From: Geosiphon pyriformis uo1
Lineage: Eukaryota > Fungi > Glomeromycota
Direction: 5' to 3'
Assembly: GCA_016748015.1 (NCBI GenBank)
Contig: JAAOMT010000479.1
Coordinates: 213,824-277,823 of the forward strand
Length of the DNA: 64,000 nucleotides
Numbering within the stretch: the first letter of the stretch is position 1; each line of letters begins with the position of its first letter. Position numbers and translations under genes: made by a program. Of this stretch, positions 42,408-53,353 are shown piece after piece. Below the pieces are notes generated by a model. It did not search any database. It saw nothing but the letters and a program-made list of their open reading frames with translations, and had not been told where the DNA came from.

Positions 42408-45400
42408 TAATCTTGCTTCATTCTTGAGAGACAATCAACATTGGTGTGGAGTTTTTCTGGTTTGTGATGTACAATGTATTAGTAGTTGGCTAAAAATTCT
42501 GTCCATTGGGTTTGTTTGGCATTCAGCTGAGTGTTTTTGTTTTAAAGCCATTTGAGTCCAATATTATCAGTGGTAATATCAAATTCTTTGGGTCTGAGAT
42601 AAAGGTTGAAGTGATATAAGGCCCAGATTACTGCTGCAGTTTCTAATTCTGTTGCAGGGTAGTTCTTTTCAGCTGGCTTTAATGTTCTGCTAGCATAAGC
42701 AATTACTCGCTCATTTCCATTGTTATCTAACTATGATAGAATGACACCAAAGGCAGTATAAGAGACATCTGTTGCTAACTGGAATCAGTTGCTGAAATCT
42801 GGGTAGACGAGAATTGGAGCTGTAGTTAGTTTTTTTTTGAGGATTTCAAATGCATTTTGGTGTTCAGCAGTCCATTTGTATTTGACGTTTTTGGTGGTAA
42901 GCTGGTTGAGAGGTTTTGCAATTTCTGAGAATTCTTTGATAAACTTCCGATAGTAGGAGGCTAACCCTATGAATCCTCTTAATTCTGTAGTGTTTTGAGG
43001 AGTTTTGAAGTTTTTGACAGTGCTGATTTTTCTAGAGTCTGGTTTGATTCTATCTTTACTAATGACATGACCAAAAAAGGCCAAGCTTGTTTTTCCAAAG
43101 TAGCATTTTTTGATGTTGAGTTTCAGTCCTGCTTTTCGTAATTATTGAAATACTTTTCGCAGGTGTTTTAAGTGTAATTCAAACGATAGAGAGTAAACAT
43201 CAGTATTGTTAAGATAAACAACTACTGACTTCCAAAGGAGTCCTTTGTACACAATATCCATTAATTTTTGAAATGTTGCTGGTGTATTGCATAATCTGAA
43301 AGGCATTACATTGAATTTGTAGTTTCCTTCTTGGGTTGTGAAGGCTGTTTTGAGATGATCTTTGGGATCCATAGCAACTTACTAGTATCTGCTTTTTAGA
43401 TCTAGTGTTGAAAAATATTTGGATTTTCCAAGAGCATCTAACATGTCATCAATTCGGAGAAGAGGGTAGACATCTCCCATAGTGACACTGTTGAGTTGTT
43501 GATAATCAACACAAAATTGTATTTTTCTATTTTTCTTCTTAACTAGAACCACAAATAAGGCCCATGGACTCATTGATGGTTGAATAAGCCTATTGTTAAG
43601 CATCTATTGTACTTCTTCTCGGATAAATTAGTGACTTTCTGGAGCAACTCAGTAGACTTGTTGTCGCCTTGGTTTGGCATCTCCTGTATAGATTTGGTGT
43701 TGAACCAAATTGGTTCTTCCTAAGTTATTGTTGTTTTCAGCAAAAATATCAGCAAATTCTGCAATTAGCTCTTTAAATTGGTTTTGTTGTTGTGGTTCAA
43801 GTTGTTCTATGTTGATTCGAGATAGTTTTTCTATAACAACATAGTAGTTTTCAGAGCTGGTGTTTGGGTTGATTTTTGATAGTAAATGTCCAATAATTTC
43901 AGAGAAATTGGGAATTGTTTGGGGTAATTCTTGTTGAAAGATATTACTGTGAATAACTCCAATTTCTAAGTTATTTAATAAAACTATAGGAAAATTGTTG
44001 GGATTGTAAAAAGTAACTCGGATTTTTTTTGTTCCTTTTGGAATATAAATGTTTGGGATTGAGATATTATATTCCAAGCAGATTTGTTCATTGGACTCAA
44101 AAATTTGTTGTGTGGTTGTTGGCTTTTCACAAGTGTAAATTTCAGGGTGTTTTCCAAAGGGTGAAATAGTAATTAGTTGTGGAAGTCGTAAAATCTGGTG
44201 AGATTCTTTCTGTTTATTAAAGACTATGTTTACTGGAACTGTGAATTGTCCAGTTAAACCAAAACCTTGGGTTTTTTTTTTACTTTTTCTCAATAGTTTT
44301 CTTTGATTGACTAATTGTAAACCCGAAATGTTGATTAAGGATAAATAAATGGCTTGGACAATTTTCTTGGCATGTTCAATCTTAAACGGCTTGTCAGTTT
44401 CATTTTGGAGTATTACTGTTATGTCACCAGTATATCTAGCATCGATTATTCCTCCTCTGACATTGATTCCTTTACTTGCCAGAGAAGACCAGGAGGCAAT
44501 TTGAACCATTGCTCCTGACAGGATTTCGAGAGCAATTTTGAGGTTGATTTTTGTGAGAGATTTGAGTTTGAGAACAAAAGTATTCTTGTCTGGATATCTT
44601 AGGTCATATCTAGCATTAATTTCATGTGCTTTTTCGGGTTTTATTTCTTGTCTGTTGTTGTTAAAGTATTTGAGTTGTAAGGCAGGCTGGTTTTTAATGA
44701 GATAGATGGGTGTTGCTTCAATTTCTTCTGTTGCTTCAGGTTCTCCAAATTCAATTTCATTCTCATCATTTTTACTGGGCAGAAGAATGCTAAAAGCATA
44801 GCATTCAGGACACCACTGTTCATTACAAGGCATAATGCATTTTTCATATAGCCTAATGTTCATTTGCTCTAATTATTGAATTTGAGCTTCTTGGGTTGAA
44901 TAGGTGTGACTTGCAATTTGGTGGTAGACTTCTATTTCATTTTTGTAATCAAATCTAGCTAATTCCATGGTGTATTCAATGTATTCTGCTTCCTTCATTT
45001 GATGGACATCTTCTTTGGTAGCTCCTTTAATTAATGCCATTGCTAGGTCGAAAATCATCTCAGCATTATGAGAGTAGTAATAAAGTTTGTTGAAAGCACT
45101 GTTGTATGCTGCATTAAAGGGTGTTCCTCTTTTTATTTTTTCTGAAATTGATAAAGCATATTGGCAAGTCTGATTGCAGACTCTTTTTCTTATTGCTACA
45201 TCAATTTAATTGCATTCTTCTGATAGCATATCTCCACAAGTCAAACAAGGAGTGTTATCCCATTTTTTGTTTCTTTTTATTAAATGGCTCCATCATTTTC
45301 TGTGGCAAGCCTTGCAGTAATAACAAGTATGATTTTTATATTCTTCTTCAGGTGAAATGCAGGCTCCCATTGAGGAAAGTTTCTTGTGGCAGTTCTTACA

Positions 45401-48023
45401 TTTGAGTGGAATGTAGAGGCATTGTTTTCATGGTTCTGGTTTTGAATAGGGGACATTCCATCCAGTTGTTACTGGTTCTTTTGTTTCAAGAGAATCATTT
45501 GTTGAAAAGTACTGTTGTTCAGTTTTATTGGCCCAATTAGAGGTTGATCCAAGTGCCATAAATGTTTCAATGATGGGCTTTTCTTCTTCCAGTTCGAATT
45601 CAAAAGCCGGGGCTTTTTCAGAGTGTTTGTTGAATGTACCACAAGTGGCAGATACCCAGGCATGTTGTCCTTGGTAGGAGATTGTTAACTCTTGTGTCTC
45701 CCAATTCAGATTAGCATTGGCTTTTTGAAGCCAATCATTTCCGACAAGAGCTTGGTACTGGGGTGCGTCCATTACAAGAACTTTGACTGGAATAGTAATT
45801 CCATCAAGAGTGAATGGAAAATTATCAATTTCTCCTACTGGAGTCTTTTTTATGCCATCAGCAGTAATGATTACTGTTTGAGCTAGTCGGTCAACATTTC
45901 TTTTTAACTGTTGCATTAACTGGTAGGTGATGATGCTTCCAGCGGATCTACTATCTAGGATCAAGCAAATTGCCTTTCCTTTAACTTTTGCTTCAGTGTA
46001 CATAGCAGTGATTGCTTTTTGTTCATTGGTGGCCACATTGCTAAGCAGAAATGGTGACTCATTTGCTTCAAACTCAAAAGGAAATATGTCTGAAAGGTTG
46101 GCATTTTCAGCAATTCTGGCTGGTAGGATTGTGGTAGGAGTATAAGAAGGGTTTTGTTGTCGTGCTGCAGCTCTACCTTCCGAGAGTGCAGTTTGGTGAA
46201 AATCCTGTTTTTCAGGTATTGTAAGATAGCTAGGTTGAGTATAATAATGGATGGGTCTTGGCTGAGCTGGATTTCGGAGAACTAATTGGTTGTTCGAATT
46301 GATTCTATTATTGTTTACTTGGTATCAGTTTTGTGGTGTAAATTGATTTTGCGGGATTAATCTTCGAGCAGGCACTTGATAATGTTGTGTGAGTGGTTGT
46401 TGGTATTGCTGTTGAATTGGCTGTAGGGCAGGTTGATAATAGTTACTTTGATATTAGGGTCTTGGTAGATAGTAAGCTGGTAGTAGTGGTTGATAATAAG
46501 ATTGCTGTGGTGGAGGGTAATGTTGATTACTCCTATTTTGTTGGTCTTATTGTAGCTTTCTGCAATCTCTTTTCCAGTGACCAGAAATTCCACAGTAATG
46601 ACAACTCTGAGGCTGATTATTAGAGGGTAATGTGAAGTTGTTTTGATTCCGTCTTTGAGGTGGTTAATATCTTTGGGGTTGTTGTTGTTGTTGTTGGTTG
46701 GTGAAATAGTTTTCAACTTTTTTTGCGAGTTGGTCAATTTTCTCTTCAGCTGCTGAGCTGGTTTTTTTAATGGCTAAGTTCACGAGTTTTGTACAATTGG
46801 CTTCTTCTATGGCTATTTCATATCTCTTTGCATGCTAAATGACAGAGTTTAAATCTTCTGGGACATGTGAGCAAACCTTTTTAATCAGTTTATCCTTTAA
46901 ACCAGCAATAAATTGATCCAAAATTTGAGCATCGAAATAATAATTATTAGTTTCAAGTTAGTGAATTCATCTGAGAAGTTTGTTGAATTTCTCAATATAA
47001 GTTATAACAGATTTGGAGGATTCTTGTTTAATATTGCGAAAATGATTTTGAAGAGTGATTAAGGTGTTGTTATTGGTAAATTGCTCTAAGAAGGCAGTTT
47101 TGAAAGCTGTCCAGTTATTAAAAGAGGTGGTCAAGTTTTCAAACTATTCGTCTGTTGTTTCTTTAAGAAAGTAGGGAATTGTTTTTAACATTCTGGCAGC
47201 ATTCCATCCATTTGCATCTCCAGTTTTAGTAACTTGGTCGAGCCATTCTTGGGGACTGGTTTCAATGTCTTCTCCATTAAATTCAGGGATTTTTGCGATG
47301 TATGCTGTCATTTCGTCTTCTTCGTTTTCATTGTCTATTGATTCTTCTTCAGATATTTCAGAGTTGTTTTTTTCATTTGCTGCTGTCTCAGAGTGTTCAC
47401 TTCAATTTTCAGCTAGAAAGTCAAGGAGATTGGAACTAGTTTGAAGGGGTTCTTGTTGTTTGGTGGGACTTCTGGGTGATGTAAAATCTTCTAGTCTTAC
47501 AAATTGATTTAAGGGTAAATTAGGTGTTTGTGCTTGTGCAAGTGAAGCTGAGAAAGATGTAATAGTAAGTGGAAGTTTTGAACTGGTTCTTTGTTCAGAT
47601 GTTTGTAAGTGTTTGGCAGTTGTTTTTAGTAGTATTAGGGTATTTGGGGTGAGTATTGCTTCAATTTTTGTTTGCCTTTGTTGCTTATTCAAAATCAATG
47701 GAGTATTGAGACTGTACTGGATATGTTTTTTCACTGTACTTGATAATGTTAAAATTTAGTTCTTGAAAATAAGTGACAAGTGTTTTACTGTTAAAGTTTT
47801 TGGTTTCCAATTGTGAATAGTGTACTAAATTATTGTAAAGGTTGCTTCTAACTTCTGAGATATTGTAATTTCCAAAAAGATAATTGTTGATGCAGTTTTT
47901 AATGTATTGGTATACTGATTTCTTGACAATTTCAATTCCGTCTGGAATGTTGAATCTTTGCTTGCAGTAGGTGTAAATTGACTGGTAATACTCTAGAGTT
48001 GTTGTGTCTGGTGTGATCACCAC
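42408..48023 (-). pseudogene. gag-pol of element C (Gag, CCHC, PR, Cys-rich module, dUTPase, RT, RNase H)
   Basis: CHYCGISGHWKRDC, LILDSRSAGS, ALVGNDWL, GGIIDARYTGD, FCVDYQQLN, KTAFTT..VMPF, FFGHVIS, LRGFIGLASYYRKFI. Confidence 0.93.
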
Positions 48024-48049
48024 TTTGAAGTTGTTTTGCTGTGTTGTTT

Positions 48050-48065
48050 CTGTAGGAGAGCACCA
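48050..48065 (-). other. tRNA primer-binding site of element C
   Basis: TGGTGCTCTCC begins 2 nt after the 5' LTR and is complementary to a tRNA 3' end GGAGAGCACCA (isotype not determined). Confidence 0.8.
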
Positions 48066-48067
48066 AA

Positions 48068-49045
48068 TATTACCGGAGGTTTTTGGTCTCTTCTTAGCTC
48101 TTGTATGTTTGTTGTAATGCTGTTAATTTATGATTATAGGAAGTGTTTGAACCTCCAATAACTGAATTTATCTTCAAATTATCTCCTATAATTTGAACTG
48201 CTGGGCTTATAAGTGGAATGGCCAATTCCATGCCAGTTACTTTGTATAGTTACATTGTAGTAAATGTCAACTCTTTCCCAGGAATTGCTTGTCTGGAAGC
48301 TCACTAAAAATGTGTAGTTACTTTGCTGTGAAAGTCAACTCTTCTACAGGAATTCTCATCTGTAGGCTACCTAAATGATTTATAATAAGAAAAAAAAAAG
48401 AATAAAAAAAATGTAAAAGAAAAAGTAAAACTAATGATTTATGAAAGTCATTTCAGATCCAGGCCTGGAAGTACTTTAACAGTTTACTGAAATTGGTAGC
48501 TAATCAATTTTAAACTGTTAGTAAGAATTGGTTAATTTCAAGGGAAATAATTAAGAATTTGGTTTTTCAAATTTATTTGATATTTATTTTGTTTTTGTGT
48601 GTAAAAGATAATTCTAATTATTAAATTTGAAGTAAGATACATTTTCTCGAAGAGAGAAGCTCTTCTTTTATACAACTTGTCGTAACACTATTCTATGAAT
48701 TTGAACTTTGCTCTTTTCTACAATTTTGCTGAACTAAAGATACATTTCAGCAAACTACAAGTTATTTCTGCAAACTATTAGATATTTTGGTGAACTATCA
48801 ATTATTTCGGCAAATTTCTACAAATTTCAGTGAACTTTTGAATGTTACATATTTCGGGGTATTGCATGATTGATCATCGCACTTAGGTTACATTTGTGTT
48901 ATGTACAAATTAGGTTATTAATTAAATGATAATTTTGGACATTTTGCTAATGTAATAAGTGATAATTTAATAATATGCTAATTAATGATAAGATTTATAA
49001 GGGTAATTTCATGTTAAACAATATCTCTAATTTTGTCTGGTAACA
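48068..49045 (-). repeat. 5' LTR of element C
   Basis: Direct repeat of 39277-40259. Confidence 0.95.
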
Positions 49046-50949
49046 ATGTGAAGCTTTTTTGTGTGGAATTTGCTTCTCAAATCTTTTTAGATGCTACATT
49101 TTTAGTTAAGCTTACAAGCTTTGTTCATCTTGCCACTCTTAAAATTGTGAAGTCTTTGATGGTTTCTGAGTCTAGTTCTCTTTCTGCTGCTGTTGTACTG
49201 CATAATGTGCCTTTGGGTGTGTCTACTGCTAATATTAAAACAGCTCTTAGTGTGTTTGGTAGTGTCACTCATGTTGTGCTGAAGTCTGCTGGCATTTAGC
49301 AGTATGTGGTAGTTTATTTTGAAAAGTTGGACTCTGCTGTGTCTGTTTTGAATCATTGGTCAGTTTTGGTGGGCAAGGATAGTGTTAGAATTCTCCCTCT
49401 GGTGAATCAAAATAAGACTATTTTGTCTTGTAATAAGTTTAAGACCAAGTTGGTCAATCTCTCTTCTGGCTGTACTGTCTTTGAGATTAGTAATATGATC
49501 TCCCAGGTTGGTGGCTGAACATGTTTTATTCCTCGTTCACCTGATTCTGGTCATTGTTTCTGGTTTGCTCTGGTTACATTTGGTTTCCAAGTTGATTTGA
49601 ATTCTGCAATTGTCAAAACTGGTACTCTAAGAAAATGCCATATTTGGTGGGAAACCTCTGGTTGTCAGTGATGCTTCAGGTGTCAAGAAGTGGGACATTT
49701 GGCTGTTGACTGCAAAGTTTCTCTGCTTTTATCTCCTAAGGCTCCCAAGGTGTTTAATACATGTTTTGTGAATGGTATTTCTTATGCAAAAGCTTCTGTT
49801 TCTCTGAATTCTTTTGAGTTTTTTCCCCTGGCAGCTCCTGCTTTCCCTTCTATGGTTATTGGTGATTCTTTGGTGTCTTCCTGGTTGGCTTTTTTGGAAT
49901 CTGATTTGGTCAAGCTTTTTGTTTTAGTTGAGTCTATTGTTAAACTAGTTGGTTCTTTGGTCAAATTGTTTAAGCAGTTTATTAATGAGAACTTGGTTTT
50001 AAGCAGTAAACTTGGTCTTAAGATCAATGAGGTTATAGTGCATATGGATTCTTTTAATAAGATTGTTGGTAAGTTGGGGAGAAAAGTAGTCTCTTTAAAA
50101 AAAGAATGCTGCATAAAGGATATTGATATGTTTGGTGATTTAGAGCACCCAATTGGTTTGGATGATAAGATGTTTTCTAACTTGATGTTTCTTTGGGAAC
50201 ATGAGCCTATTGATGTTAAAGTTAATGCCTTGAAAACAGCTGAATGGCTGGTTGGATTGGTTTTTTGTAGTGCAACTTTGTTTCTTGTTGTCCAAAAGAT
50301 GTTGTCTTTGAGTAAATTTTCTTTTAGTATTTTAATGTAGTATAGTCTGAATTGGCTCAAGTAGCTGATTACATATAGAAAATGCATGAACCACATTTAA
50401 TTTAAGATTCTATGTGGTCATATTGTATTAGATAGTGGTTGGGTCTTGCTTATTAAACTTTAATAAAAACAAAATAATCAAAATTATTTTACAAAAAATT
50501 GATTTTTACAACAAAATAACTATATATTATTAAAGAATTTACAAATAAGAATTTTTGTAAAAAAATTTTTAATAATTTATCTGTTTTAAAAAACAGCCAA
50601 AATGTTTGTTTATATAAAATTATTAATTATTAATTTAAAGTTACTACTTTGTAAAAAAATTTAATTTACTTGAAAAAAACTTAAAAACAAAAACAATTTG
50701 ATTAAAAAAGTAAAAAATTTAGCTAAATAATTATTTAAAAAGTTTTAAAAATTTAAAAATTGTTTACTAAATTAATTTTAATAAAAAAACAAATCAAATA
50801 AAAGAATAGAAGATTGAATTTAATAAAATTTAAATTATTTCTATTGTATACTATAAAATGTTTTTTTAATTGTTATAATAAATATAAATAATTATTTATA
50901 TAATAAAAAACAAAGTAAATTTTAACAACTTTATAAGAAATATTATTTT

Positions 50950-51553
50950 TATATTATAAGTTAAAATAACAAGCTAACAGATAACAAAAAAAACAGTATT
51001 GTATAGTAATAAAATTAATTAAAAAATAATATAACTTTAAAAAACAAATTAAATTAATAAAAATTTAATATATAAAATTAGTCTTAAAATATTTTAGTTG
51101 TTATTTTTTTTAAAAGTAACAAAAAAATTTGAAAATAGAAAAATAATTTGTATTATTAACAAAAAATAATACATTATATAATTTTATGCTTTATATTAAC
51201 ATTTTTAAAATTTAGTATTAGATATTAATTATACTTTTTAATAATGTTTATTTAATAATCTTTAAAACTAATAATTATATAGATTAGAAAAGAATAAGAT
51301 ATGTAAATATTAACAAATAATGTTTTATTTACAAATGTTTAGATACTTGAAAAAATTGAAAAAAAGAAATAAGTAATATTGAAAAATTGGATATTTAGAA
51401 GTGATTTTTATTTCTTTGTGTCTTTTTACAGCTCAATGACCAGGTTATTAATCAGATCAATGATCACTTTCTAAAAATAGGGTGGCTAATTATATGATAT
51501 CAATGGCTAATACATGTGATAATTAATAAAAACTACGATTTTCAACTATAATA
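50950..51553 (-). repeat. Right terminal inverted repeat
   Basis: ...tggctaatacatgtgataattaataaaaactacgattttcaactataata. Confidence 0.85.
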
Positions 51554-53353
51554 CTATTATAAAAACAATTATCTTTTAAAAATCAATTTTAATATTGTTT
51601 TTTTACTAAAACCAACTAGTAAATAAAAACAGTTTCAGAAGCTTTAAAAGTTTTAAAGTAAACGACAGCATATTGTTACAAACCAACAGATTTCAAAAAT
51701 TTTATCAAAAATACCAAAAACATTTTTGTGTTATTAAATAAAAGATTTAAAAAAAAGTTACAACAAAAGCTAAACATTACAGCAGATTTTGAACAAACTT
51801 AATTTTGGCAAAAAACCTGAAATACAAACTCCATACAAAAAGGTTGATATTGTCTTTAATAATTAACTTTAAACTAATAAAACTATATAAAAACTGAAAC
51901 ACAGTTTTAATTTAAAACTATTTTGATTTTAACAATAGCTTAAGACATTAAAATAAAAACCATCATTTAAAGAACCTTTAACAACTAGTAATTATTTTTT
52001 AAATATTAGTAAAATTAATAGTGTTTTTAAAAAAGAAAAAACAGATTCAGTAAAACGACATTTTCTTGAATGCAGACCAATCGGGGCTGAACATATGGAT
52101 ACATTCCAAAACATAGAATCCTTTGTAGGATCAGATTTTAACAGCCAAAGTGACTCCCGGAAAATCCCCCTAGCTCCCTTGTCGTTTGGTTTGCCCTAAG
52201 GCATTATGTCCTGAAGTGTGCGTTCCACCTCGTCCCGAAATTTGCTTGTTCCTCTTGCCCTTACTATTATGATGCGATTATGATTTTTCTTGATGATTGC
52301 AATGATGAATTTTATTGCGGATGCTGTCCGTATTGACCAATCTACTATAAAAACTGAAGCAACAGGTCAAATTAATATCTTTAGATTTGGTTTTTGGCTT
52401 GATTCGTAAAGTGCTCTAGGTTATAGTTTTTTGATTATTTTTTGTATTTGACGCTGTAATTTTTACCTTTCCATGTATTTTAACAAAATTTTGAATTTCA
52501 AAAATTTTAATCAGTTGTGACTCAAGGTGATTCTTGATAAAAGAACAGTTGCAGGGGATTGTAACCAGTTATGGTGCCATCGTTAATCTTGAGAACATTG
52601 TACCAATGTCTATCTTTCCCGCAACTTGCTGATATAACTAATCTAAAATAAAAAGTATCACCCGATATTTGACACTTTTCATTAATTTGATGCCAAGATT
52701 TAAATATGAAAGATTCTGGTTGGCCATCGCTTAAAAGCGAGTGACTTATTCTCTGCTTATTTATAAAGTATCTATTGTAGTCTGGCTTGAGATTATAGAA
52801 AAATTTTCAACAAGTTTTTTTTAAAGCCGACGGCCAGTTCCAAGGCCCAAGGAGTTACTATGTATGAATTTTGTTAATGAAAATTGGGAATAATAATAAT
52901 AGTAATAATAGTAATTTGATGCGAAAGTGTTTGTGTGTATGGATGGGGGTATATATCGGTCTATCGTATATACAAAGTGAAAGGCAACAAATGACAAAAA
53001 GGGAAGAGAATGAAAACAACAAAAGTTGAGAAGGGAAAAGATAGCAAAAAATATGGGCAAATAAACATTTAAATGAATAATGTAGTCTATGTTACTATAC
53101 AACGATCAGGGTCTACCTTTGTTTTTTTTACAATATAAACCCCCAGAATACTAGGTTGATTTAAATTAATAGGGAATAATAAATTAATGGTTACAATACA
53201 AGATTATAATTCATCCAAAAAACAGCATTGTGTCTATCAAAGCGGGAACGTCAAATCCGGTACATTGGAAAAATGGGTGAAAGACGTAGAAATACAAAAA
53301 AATACAGAGAATTTAGATAAGCTATGACTCAATGACGATATCTGGCAATTTCT

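Larger units (their letters stand above)
39277..49045 (-). mobile_element. Ty3/gypsy LTR retrotransposon C, full-length, best-preserved insertion
   Basis: LTRs 39277-40259 and 48068-49045, perfect ATGT TSD (39273-39276, 49046-49049), PBS and PPT, and all pol domains. Confidence 0.97.
38416..50469 (+). mobile_element. ORF1-only non-autonomous LINE-like element, interrupted by gypsy C
   Basis: Removing 39277-49049 restores one ~709-codon frame (38438-39276 plus 49050-50340; SKDNV|KLFCVEF) with RRM-like regions and CFRCQEVGHLAVDC. The stop is followed by a ~130-nt tail homologous to the LINE 3' UTR. Confidence 0.8.
12043..51553. mobile_element. Long-TIR element (TGT terminus, 4-bp TSD) enclosing the entire nested TE island
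   Basis: 12043-~12690 is the reverse complement of ~50950-51553 with mostly transition differences and a few indels. CTAT flanks both ends (12039-12042, 51554-51557). Confidence 0.8.

Noticed and set aside
49782-50396. 204-aa antisense ORF (and similar antisense ORFs over LINEs and the 1040-aa gene)
   Set aside because: These are shadows of the sense frames with no independent motifs.
52050-53300. Possible small gene between the island and the 1040-aa ORF
   Set aside because: Only short ORFs without motifs are present. 52821-53102 is probably 3' UTR with a TAA/TTA repeat.
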